A DNA stretch of 62,238 bases, filler included, from Platydemus manokwari (taxonomy: Eukaryota): NCBI GenBank assembly GCA_037951405.1. It is 5 parts of 5 records of this genome, joined end to end, with 100 filler letters (N's around TTAATTAATTAA, not from the genome) between each part and the next. Parts side by side here need not be neighbours in the genome. Positions count along the whole stretch, not along the records: positions 38,955 to 53,075 come from JBBMOY011524745.1; positions 53,176 to 62,238 come from JBBMOY011305095.1; 3 more parts are not named here. One strand, given 5' to 3'. Shown here in pieces: positions 43,101 through 53,250 of the stretch; positions within the stretch are counted from its first letter, which is position 1; every line of letters starts with the position of its first letter. Under the pieces are notes generated by a model. The model was not told the DNA's origin. It saw only the letters and a program-made list of their open reading frames with translations, and did no database searches. The position numbers were made by a program, and so were the translations under genes.

Positions 43101-43880
43101 AGATTAATTCATTAATAACACTATGCGATGGTGGCTACGCTGATTGTTGAAGTTATATGCAAACAATGAATAAGTTCCAAAAATTCCTGTTTGCTGGTAA
43201 GAAAGCTATAATAGTCTTGGATTACATTCTATTGTGTAATCCACTAATAGAAAATAAGGAAATCGTTTTAATCACGTGAAAGTGTTTCAATTACGCAGCG
43301 CAGCGTATGTGTGCAACGTTGTTGAGATTGGCGATATCCTGTACGTGTTCATTTACTTCAACTCGACAAAAACCGTCTCAATGATCAACCACAACCCGAA
43401 ATCATATAGTGAGATAATTGATAAGTCTCGAGTCCTCCTTGAAAGATTTATGAAATATTTTTTCTTACAATCGGTGAGCGAATCCATATTCAATTTTAAA
43501 CAATGGTCATTCCTTAAAAACGATTAAGTTATTCTTGTAACAAGAACCATGGAATGTGTGTGTCTGGTGCTAAGTGAAATTGGGTCCAAAAATTCCATCT
43601 TTAGTACCAGCATGTATGATGGATTTTGCAATTATAATTGTTACAGTGTCAAAAACAACATAAGTCACGTTAATAGGAGAATATCACTCAAGGATATAAT
43701 ACAATTCTCCCTCTCGCTGGACTCGATAAAATGGATAATAGGGGTTGATCTTGTCACGATCATAGCTTTGATTGATAGCAATTGCAAGTACCTCTCTGAG
43801 CATTTAGATAGAGCAAAAATAAAACTGGTTGATGTTATCTTTTGCCTAAAAATTCCTCCCAGCTACGATATAGTTTAAGG
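40200..43880. pseudogene. Block of disrupted coding-like sequence (minus 40200-40980; plus 41700-43880), probably a decayed large transposon
   Basis: Locally higher GC, and chains of 70-110 aa ORFs on consistent strands broken by stops and frameshifts. No obvious splice pattern. Confidence 0.4.
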
Positions 43881-44879
43881 TTTGTGAGAGTCGATTATTC
43901 CTTAATAGGGACTTCTTTTACTTTTAAGGAATATATATAAATTGATAAATAAATTTCTGCAGTTGTGGTGACTTTGAATGTAAGTATTCCGATTGACTGT
44001 TGAGAGTATTACATTCGATAGTAGGACTTATCTCTCACCACTTCAATAACATTATTGGACTATCTTTCTTTCATTTTTATTTTTTTTTATTTTTATTTAG
44101 ATTCCGTGTATTATTTTCTGGCTTAAATTATGAAAAAGTTTTAAGATGGTTGTAACATTTCCAAAAGCTACCAACACATCCAGAGAATAACAAAATATAA
44201 TTGTTTGTAAATGAATCTTTTCAAAGACCAATAGACTGATGCTCCTTGGAATTAGCATGATTTTGTTATTCTTATTGCTATTAATAGCCAATACTACTCG
44301 TCTTCCCTAATTGCTAGATTGAATCACAATATATTAAATTTTAAAAAGCCAGTGTATAAATGAAATTCGAATCCAGATGAAGAAATACCTACAGAATTAT
44401 ATTTGAAATCATTGATATATTTTATTTATCTTCAACACATAACTCATTGATTGATTTATTATTTTGTTTATTTATAATAATTATTTATTGATGAAGAAAG
44501 CATTTTGGAAAATAATTTTTTCTATCAAATTATTCTTACAAGCCTTGTAAATGAAAACGATGGCCGCAAAAAGAGCGATCTTTAAAATGAATTTTCAATA
44601 TTCAATCCAAATATTCATACAAACCGATATCGAATCAAAATCATTATATTTTCATTTTTTATCATTCTTCAAATTATAAAATACTTTTCTAATTTATTAT
44701 AATTTATTGTCCTAACATCAATATACAGTATTTCCAGTTGCATTCTTTCAATGATTTATTCTCTTTCAAGATTCTTGGTCAGTTTTGTCATATTTCATTC
44801 GATTGAGATCTATCAATCCGTGTTCGTTGTTCTCAGTTGGTTTAAGGCCTTCATTCATGATGGTGGCTTATGTTTCCTT

Positions 44880-45460
44880 TGGCCAGTGTGCGATTTATAT
44901 GTTGAAAAGGCATCTATTAATAGCGTTGCAATCAGGAAGCCTGCAATATCTATAATCTGCGCTTTGCCTAGGTCGAGTTATTGAGAACTTTGTTGTTTTT
45001 TGGGTCTCATGAGCCAAGAGCTCTGATGCAGATTGCATCCAGTGATGTTTCATATCTGGTCTTTGTTTTGATTTCTGATGCAATTGATCTGTATTTCTTG
45101 TAGGTCAAGGTTTGGTGTTTTTTGAAGTTTGCATTGATATCAAATGGGATTTTCAGGTCGATGATGAAAGAATGTCTTTTTTTGTTCCTGATGATTATAT
45201 CCGGTCATAGTTTCGTAGCGGTTTCCAGTGTCTTTGTCTGTGTCCAGTCCGAGAGATTGTAAATAACTGCCGAGTTGATCTAAGTTAATTGAATGTCTCT
45301 TCAATGCCAGACCAGGGAGTTGTGAACAATATATAAAGATATGAGAGTCAATCTCCGGTTGTATTTGGCACTTTCGGCATAGTATAGATTTCTTTTGTTT
45401 TGTAAAATATGGGCTGTAAATGAGAATAAAGAGATTGTTTCTGGCTTGGAATGCAAAAAT
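44880..45460 (-). mobile_element. 3' fragment of an RLE-type non-LTR retrotransposon (R2/NeSL/R5/Utopia group), disrupted
   Basis: Broken minus frames give, in order: FQARNNL; LCRKCQIQPE..LSHIFIYC....LKRH (CCHC knuckle + RH); PDIIIRNKKRHSFIIDLKIPFD (PD..D nuclease); KKYRSIA; DAICIRALGS*DPKNNKVL. Confidence 0.85.
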
Positions 45461-46258
45461 TCAAACTACCGGTGATAGGTAAAAACTTTTGAGCGGTTTC
45501 TCCGAAAGATGAATGGCCGAGAAGCAGTGAACTAACCTACCTTATTTCTTCATTATCGTTAATTAGTAAATGCATCTGGTAAATGCATTAATCAGCTTCA
45601 TCAAATGAAATCTCTGTAATAAATGTAATTTAGTCTTATTCGAGTGTACCACAGCTACTGAAGCAAAACCTAACAATTTTAACGGTTCATCTGTCATCTT
45701 ATATTTTAAAATTTCTTAAAACATTTTAAAAATCCCAAATTTATCAAAATTGAAGACCGATTCAATTTAATGAATATTTTAATGAAAAATCAAAATAATA
45801 TACTTTAATAACAAAATAATATACTTTAATGATAAAATATTTATTGGTTTATCAAAAATCAGAAGGCTCTTGTTTCATTGCTTTCTTTATCGATAAATTA
45901 TTATTATAAACAAAATATATCAATGATTTCAAATATAATTCTGTTGGTTTTTCTACAGCTGGATTCGAATATCAGTTGTTCACTGACTTGAAAATGTAAA
46001 AAATATTGTGATTCAATCTAGCAATTAGGGAGAGAAATCTCAAACAATTAATCAATAATTCATACAACTCATTTAAAATTCAAATATCTCTGTTCCATTA
46101 CAAGTGTGCATATCTTAATCTTCATTCACAATATTCCAGAACATGTTCACACATTTCCAATATTTGAATCATTTTCATTCACAATTTTCTCAATCATGTC
46201 ATTTCGATCTGTAATTTCGATATTAGCTGACATCTGCTTTTGCAATGCTTCAATGGTC

Positions 46259-46317
46259 AACATCTGTCGATTATACTATCATAATAACTCTCGACAGATT
46301 TGATTTGTTATATAAAA
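46259..46317 (+). promoter_or_regulatory. Putative core promoter of the His-rich peptide gene
   Basis: TATAAAA at 46311-46317, about 40 bp before ATG 46358. AACATCTGTCGATT (contains E-box CATCTG) at 46259-46272. 9-bp inverted repeat atctgtcga/tcgacagat. Confidence 0.5.
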
Positions 46318-46357
46318 GAGAATGATTTTTATACGAAATCAATCAAACATAGTCACA

Positions 46358-46585
46358 ATGATGAAATTGATATTGTTATACATGATCATTGGTATTGTGA
46401 TGATGAATATCATGGAGACGAGATCAGAAGATACTGTCGAGGATGATCATGAAGAAGATCATGAAGAAAATGCAGGGAAAGGAAAGCATGGACATGGCAA
46501 AAAAGGTAATGAACATAAAGGACATGGCAAAGGGGGTCATGAACATGGAGGACATGGCAAAGGCGGCAAGAAAAAGGAACAATGA
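46358..46585 (+). CDS. Small secreted His/Gly/Lys-rich peptide precursor, 75 aa
   Basis: MMKLILLYMIIGIVMMNIMETRS (signal-like) + EDTVEDDHEEDHEENA (acidic) + GKGKHGHGKKGNEHKGHGKGGHEHGGHGKGGKKKEQ. TATA upstream, AATAAA at 46599-46604. The ORF-track ATG at 46322 is too close to the TATA box to be transcribed from it. Confidence 0.8.
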   Translation: MMKLILLYMIIGIVMMNIMETRSEDTVEDDHEEDHEENAGKGKHGHGKKGNEHKGHGKGGHEHGGHGKGGKKKEQ

Positions 46586-46757
46586 CACCACTGTGACAAA
46601 TAAAATGTGATAATAAAATATAAGTCAGTTTTGATTTTATGAATAAATTTTCATTTTGAATTTTATTTTATTTTGAATAAAAAGATCAATAAATATTGAA
46701 ATAAAATCGATATTAAATATTCAAAGTTAAATAGGTTGTAATACATTGTAATTCCTG

Positions 46758-47246
46758 ATCAAAATCATTTACATCAATAAACTTCAGATGTGAAATCATT
46801 GTAATGTCGATCGATAGTATCGATTATATTTGGAAGAAAACTAAAGGAGAAACTAAATAATTTAAGGCTTGATGAGAACTGAAACAAATATCGACAAATA
46901 TGAGTTGTTAAAGAATATAATATAATATACCTTCAGAAGAAATGATGAATTTTGTTGAGACTGTTGCTATGAATTGAGATAATTAAATTGGCTTAAATTA
47001 TAAATTTATAAATATAGATAAAGTCTGTTTTTCAGGGCATAACAACAATAAAAAAGATTCAGAAATGAAATCATAGCACGAAAGAGTTTATAGTTAAAAT
47101 CGATCGATAAATACAACTTGTAAAAGATTTATTGCGATATCAAAGATCATTATAATGTGGATTCATTCAAATCATTTCTTTTAATAATTCTTTTCTACAA
47201 TATTGGAGAAAGAATATGTTGCTGTTTATCTCGAATTCTAGATTCA
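46758..47246 (+). repeat. Diverged direct repeat, copy 1 (copy 2 at 51724-52087)
   Basis: Shared blocks in the same order: tcatttacatcaataaact, cgatcgatagtatcgattatattt, tttattgcgatatcaaagatc, tttcttttaataatt...tctacaatattgga. Confidence 0.85.
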
Positions 47247-48544
47247 AAATAAAAGTCCCCTTCTCATTATATTTATTATAAATAAGATGGATCGAAATTT
47301 CAACCAATCAGTTTCATTAGAGCTTTGATAATATGAAAATTTAACTAAATTTTATAGATTTAATTTTATAAAAAATTATGTTTATTTATCAGTATAATGG
47401 TATTTGAATAGATTTCTTATTGTTTTGTCATTTCAGTTCGTTTTCGACGAGCATTTTTTAAAATACTTGTGACTAAGAACAGCAATAAGAATAATAAAAA
47501 CAAGCTAAGGAACATCAGTCTATTATTTTGTTGAAAAGAATTATTTACAAATAATTACATTCTGTTGTTGTCTGGATTTGTCTGTTATTTTCGGAGATGT
47601 TAAAGTAATTTTGAATCATTTCCATAATTTAAGCCAAAAAATGATACAAGGAATTTTATAAACCATCTAAATTAAAGTACCGACAAATCAAAATGATAGA
47701 AAGATATTCCAATACTGTTATTGGTTTGATAAGTTATAAATCCTATTATCGAATTTAGTACTGGCAAAAGTCAATTGCAATACTTTTATTCACCATAACT
47801 ATTTATCAATTTACATATGTAAGCTGGTACATAGTAAAACAAGAACCGATTAAAGAAAAATCGACCTTCACAAACCATTGAGATGATCGATAAAATTTTA
47901 ATATATTAATGTCGTTAATTATATATAATAATAAGCTCTTGCATCTCTGACTAATGCATTTTAGTTCAGCTCTCACAGGGCTCTTTACTTACAAAATTTT
48001 ACTTATAAAATTTTTAAAACATTTACAAACTTTTAAAATTCTTTTAAAACATTTTATATAAAAATATTAAATTTTAAATGTTTTAAAAGTTATTTTTAAT
48101 TATTTCAATTAAACCTCACAGTTCTCATGAAATGACCTTAACCTAAATGATTCTTTCCGGGGAATGTGGCTATCTCATGTGAAATGTTTTGTTATTTCTT
48201 ATTGGATTGGAAATATTTTTAAAATTTCGCTTGGCTTTGTAATTGTTTTAAATTGTTTATAAATAATTATGAATAAATTATATAATCTTATATATTTGTT
48301 GTCCAAAAATATGAATTATTATTTTGAGGCTACTATAATTTTTTTAATATTGATAATTTTTATTTTTTTTTGCTCCACATCATATCATTCGTTTTAAATA
48401 TAATATTACCACCAAATTATTTGATGAAAATAAGAATCAACACAGAATTATTTTATAAAGATCAATATCATTGATAAGATCAAATTGCCTTTATAGTCTA
48501 TTCGTGTTTGTCCAGGATTTTATGTGGCCGTTTCGAAATTAGCT

Positions 48545-49040
48545 TAGATATCGCTATCATCCTATTTAATGTAAAATGCCCCACGGACGAACCTGCTTTA
48601 ACGACCGAAACAACTCAAAAAATATAGAAAATACACCGACCTCCGAAATGCTATCAAAAAAAGCGGCCCTATTGGATTGTGAAACTGTTCACTTTTGTTG
48701 TATGAGATCCTAGAACTTGGCATACACAGACAAACGATAAAGTTTTCAATAAATTAGAGATGAACAAGAAAATGACAAATAAAATAGCTCTTGCCAGTAT
48801 AAAGTCGAATATAAATGCGAGCTATTTGCAAATGGAAATTCAATACATGAAAGACAGCCTTAAAAATAAGGGAGGAGGATATCCAAGACAACACCGACTG
48901 GATTGCAGAGACAGCATTGAATGAAATGTTGAATTGATTGTATGATGGAACTAGCGAACTGTGATTCATGGATCGATCAAAAGAAAGAACGATGTACATC
49001 CCATATTTTAATGTGTGGATATCAATGTTTATGAATAAAT
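48545..49040 (+). mobile_element. Second RLE-type non-LTR retrotransposon 3' fragment, disrupted
   Basis: IILFNVKCPTD, then (frameshift) KYRKYTDLRNAIKKKRPYWIVKLFTFVV*DPRTWHTQTNDKVFNKL. This matches the D(V)KCP...K..KY..L...FVVG.LG.W...N pattern of R2/NeSL-like endonucleases. An AATAAA follows near 49034. Confidence 0.65.
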
Positions 49041-50091
49041 ATTAGCACTAGCTTTGAACTCGCTATCTCACCTATCAAGAAATCAAATTATAATTTAATA
49101 TATCTATCATTATTTCTCTTTCAAAAATGTGATCATTTTTAATTTTGTTTTTTACTGGAACACATGATAATTTAATTATTTTGTTTCTCGTATTTTCAAA
49201 TATCGATTCTTTATTTATGGATTAAATAAGATATTTTCAGATTCATATTTTATTTATTTATAAAAAAAACGTTTAAACTACACATCGAAATAAATTTCGA
49301 AATAGTGTTTCTGGAGATACAACGAAATATCAGTTGCACGTAATAGAAAAAGTTTCAACAAGTGGTAACCAAGCTTTACCAAGGTCTGAAATGAAGTTTT
49401 TCAAAATTTACTGAATGATTTGAAAATGTAAGTTGTTGTTCTCATATTATGACATGTGAGAATAATTAAATAAAATTAAATTTTTACATATCTAATTTTG
49501 TATAAAATTATATTTATTGGTTTTGATAATTGTATTTTGAATACATAATTTAATGATTTGCTTTTTCAAGTCGTTTTTGATGCTTTTTTTTTATATAATA
49601 GTAGTAGCTAACATGGCGACCACGTATCTGGATTCAATTCTGAGAAAATCAATAACTGTAAATTATCGAGAAAAAGGAAGAAGATATTGAGACTATATAG
49701 TGACTACAGATTTAGAAAAGACATAAAAAGATTGAGGAATTCGAGATTTTGTCGTAAGCAAATATGTAGAATATTTGATACAATTTCAATAAAGAATATA
49801 ACGAAAATATTGATTTTAAAAACGGGGGATGTGAGAAGATTAAAATTTAATGAAATGTTTTATATATAATTTGAAATTTTAATAAAAATTATATTTTGTT
49901 GCTTAGATAATTGAAATTGAATAAATAATTTAATGTGAAATTTGTTCGAGTTCGCTTTCGATGTGACTTTTATATACTAGTGGCAGCTAAGCATGAAAGA
50001 ATAATAATGAATATAAGAATAGAGGAAGAAAACGAAAATCCAATTCAGCGATAAATGTTTTTGAAAAGTGTGTTACATGATTATGGGTTCA

Positions 50092-50180
50092 AATCTTCAT
50101 TAAGATAATTATGAATTTGTGAATTCGACAGCTTTCGGATACTGATGAGTGAGCATGCCTTCAAAATTATTTATAATCAT
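50092..50180 (+). repeat. ~90-bp direct repeat, copy 1 (copy 2 at ~51485-51573)
   Basis: aagataattatgaa(t/c)ttgtgaa(t/a)tcgac..tttcggatactgatgagtgagcatgcct.caaaattattta occurs at both sites. Confidence 0.9.
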
Positions 50181-50828
50181 TATCATTAAAATCGATAATT
50201 ATAGCTAAAAAATCTTTAGATGACTTCTTAAGACAATTTTATATGAACACTACAAGTAAATAAAAATTTAAATGATCATTTTGGATTTTATTTTCATTGT
50301 TGTAATAACAATGTCGTGAAAATTGATTTTGGTCATCGAAAAGTAATATATCGACATATCAATAAATAAATTAGTTTTTGCAATGTTAAATAAAAATTTG
50401 AATAAAATAAATCCTCAACAACAAAGAAAATTACTTCTAAATTATATAATAAAGTAAAACACTCCACTTGAGTAATCACCAAATTTCTTGCTTAACTTTA
50501 TATGGAACAGTAACAATTTCTATTTGTTACCATCGATTAATGATATATCACGATAAGAGTAGATCATAGTAATTTGAAAAGTGAATTATAGATTTCAAGA
50601 AACTTTCAAAGTCCTTGAGTTTTTCTGCAAAAATAGTATCACACCATAGAAAGCTACCAATACAATAGCCTATCTTTACTTGGTTGATTGTATCTCTCTG
50701 CAAACATCTGTCGATTTTTAACATGTTAGACTATTTAAGATCCCATTGTATTTTTAAGAGATTGTTTCACAACTTTCTCCTTTTATATGAAGGAAATTTG
50801 TCTATCTCTTAAATATTAAGCAAAAATC

Positions 50829-51428
50829 ATGAAAATAACTTCCATTCTTGTTTCACTGGTTACATTGCTGGTGATATCATCGCAAAATCAAGATTTGAGA
50901 GAAAGAAAAGAGATTGGTGAAATTTTGTCAAAACTTGCTGATAAACGAGTCAAAAATATTCAAAATGAAATTGAAAAAACTACCGGAATAAATAAAACGT
51001 TAAAAACAATCCTTGTTTCAAAAAATAAAGATAATGATGTGGACGAAACAAACAACGATCACGGTGAAAAGGAATCTGACAGTGAATATTGTGACTACGA
51101 AGGAGATGGTGTTATTTTTTCAAATCATGGCCAAGAAACAAATGAAATCAATATCGAAAATAAAAATGATACCAAAGGCAATCAAAATGATGAAAAAGAA
51201 TTTAATTATCAAAATGATGAAGAAGAATCAGATAGCAATGAATGTGTTGACGAAGAGGATGCTGTTGTGAATAGTTATCGAAAACAAAAGTTAACAAATC
51301 ATAATTTTCTGGAAGACGATGAAGACAAAAATTCGATAAAACTAAACAGTAAACAGTCGAATGGTGAAGGAGATATCGTTACTAATATCGATGAAACACA
51401 CGAAACAAAAGAGAACAGTTGTTGGTGA
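50829..51428 (+). CDS. Putative secreted acidic (D/E/N-rich) protein, 199 aa
   Basis: 600-nt ORF in very AT-rich DNA with a signal-like MKITSILVSLVTLLVISS. Internal repeat NNDHGEKESDSEYCDYEGDGVIFS / NYQNDEEESDSNECVDEEDAVVNS. The C-terminus may be truncated by a local duplication. Confidence 0.6.
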   Translation: MKITSILVSLVTLLVISSQNQDLRERKEIGEILSKLADKRVKNIQNEIEKTTGINKTLKTILVSKNKDNDVDETNNDHGEKESDSEYCDYEGDGVIFSNHGQETNEINIENKNDTKGNQNDEKEFNYQNDEEESDSNECVDEEDAVVNSYRKQKLTNHNFLEDDEDKNSIKLNSKQSNGEGDIVTNIDETHETKENSCW

Positions 51429-51482
51429 TATCATCGCAAAATCAAGATTTGAGAGAAAGAAAAGATATTGGTGAAATATTGT
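50865..51482 (+). repeat. 64-bp direct repeats (50865-50928 and 51419-51482)
   Basis: ttg(c/t)tggtgatatcatcgcaaaatcaagatttgagagaaagaaaaga(g/t)attggtgaaat(t/a)ttgt, offset 554 bp. Confidence 0.95.
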
Positions 51483-53075
51483 TCAAACCTTCTTGAAGAT
51501 AATTATGAACTTGTGAAATCGACTGTTTTCGGATACTGATGAGTGAGCATGCCTACAAAATTATTTATTATCAATACAGATTTAATTTTGTATAAGATTA
51601 TATTTAATGTTGTGCCTTTTCAAGTCGTTTTCGATGTGATTTTCATATATTAGTCATAGCTAAGTATGAAAAAATATTTGCGTTTCTTTATCGATCTCAA
51701 TGAATGTTAAAATGTTATTTTTAATCAAATTCATTTACATCAATAAACTCTAGATATGCAAGCACTAAATAACGATCGATAGTATCGATTATATTTCAAT
51801 ATAAATTTATAAACATAGATAATTTTTGTTTATCAGATATTTTGAAATATATATGAACAGAAGTAAATATGAAAATCGATAATTTAGTTTTTAAGGGTCT
51901 TTATAGCGCATATTGTGAGCTGTGATCGATCTTGAAAGATGAGAATAAATACTGCTTATAAAGATTTATTGCGATATCAAAGATCTTTATAATATGAATT
52001 TATTTATGTTTTGAATTTCTTTTAATAATTATTATCTACAATATTGGATGATTATTGTTTCGTTGAATATCTGGAAGTCAAGATCCATTGTTGGCGGATT
52101 TGTCGTCACATTATAATAAATTTATGAAAGGTAATTTTCTCTAAAGAGGTATTACTGAGGTGTATTAATGAAAAATTATTAATTTAAATAATTAAATATC
52201 GATTAAAGTAATTCTATAAGAGCATATGTGTATTTGTGTGTGTCTCTATTCAATTCGGATATTAATTTGATTTCACGTGGAAATATTTCAATTGGTTTCA
52301 TTTTTTGTCTTTTAGAATTATTTTTTTCCAAATAAATGTTTTGATATACTTTTTTAATTGATATTTTATCGATTTCTTATTTTCATTAAAAGAAACTATT
52401 AGATTTTACTTTTAATCGTTCTAAAATAGATTTATATTGTCTCGTTTTGTGGAATTCTCTTTGATTTTGATTTTTAGTTCTTGACTTTGCTCAGAATGCT
52501 GCCGTTGTTCTAAATCCGACAACATTAATTTATAATGATCGATTTATATCTTTAGTTCAAACGATCAATAATTCCATTTTAGGAATAAAAAACCTGAAAG
52601 AATATTTTGTTGTATTTCAGTATAGAGAATTTGGAATTTGTGATTTTGGACTTCTCTCAAATATTCACATATGCTGTTATATATTTAAGCATAACTCACA
52701 TTTGTCACTTTTGAATATCAGGTTTGGCATGATATTCAATTATTTGAGTAATCTTGATGGTTTTGAAAATCTGTTAAACACCGACAATGTTGTGAACAAT
52801 AAAAATTGAAAAGATTTTTAAAAAAGCAATTCTAAATATGAGGGTTTTATTGAACACAATGCGATTCTAAATGTCGCATTTGAACAATCAATATATACTC
52901 AAGATTCATCCATTTCTGTTTCGTGAATGTTCCTAATGTTCCACACAAATATCTATGAGGTCCGCTCCGTTTTAAAGGTGTTAATGATTCTTTGATAGAT
53001 ATTTTTGAATGGTTATTTACCGATATAAGCTCAATTTATATTTGTGGACCTATTGCTACATTGGACTTGTATATT

Positions 53076-53175
53076 NNNNNNNNNNNNNNNNNNNNNNNNN
53101 NNNNNNNNNNNNNNNNNNNTTAATTAATTAANNNNNNNNNNNNNNNNNNNNNNNNNNNNNNNNNNNNNNNNNNNN
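53076..53175. other. Artificial contig-join spacer
   Basis: 44 N + TTAATTAATTAA + 44 N. Confidence 0.97.
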
Positions 53176-53250
53176 TATCATAGTTTTGGCCCTCCAAATT
53201 TTAAAAAATCAGCAATGTGGCCCTTTGCTGAAAAAGTTTGGAGACCCCTG
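53176..53250. mobile_element. hAT (Charlie/Buster-like) terminus at a contig start
   Basis: tggccctc...atgtggccc...gaaaaagtttggagacccCTG. Typical hAT-Charlie subterminal GGCCC motifs; the TIR reads CAGGGGTCTCCAAACTTTTT on the other strand. Confidence 0.7.

Noticed and set aside
45515-45525. GCTTCTCGGCC on the minus strand, identical to the U2 snRNA 5' region, just 5' of the RLE fragment (Utopia elements target U2)
   Set aside because: Only 11 nt. The following bases (ATTCATC) do not continue as U2 (TTTTGGCTAAGATCA), and no U2 3' part lies beyond the fragment.
50142-50149. CTGATGAG in both copies of repeat module B (also 51536-51543), resembling a hammerhead ribozyme core
   Set aside because: No GAAA after a credible stem II (reads CAAAA) and no stems I/III with an NUH site.
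51013-51270. K/M-rich 85-aa ORF
   Set aside because: Alternate frame of the acidic 50829-51428 ORF.
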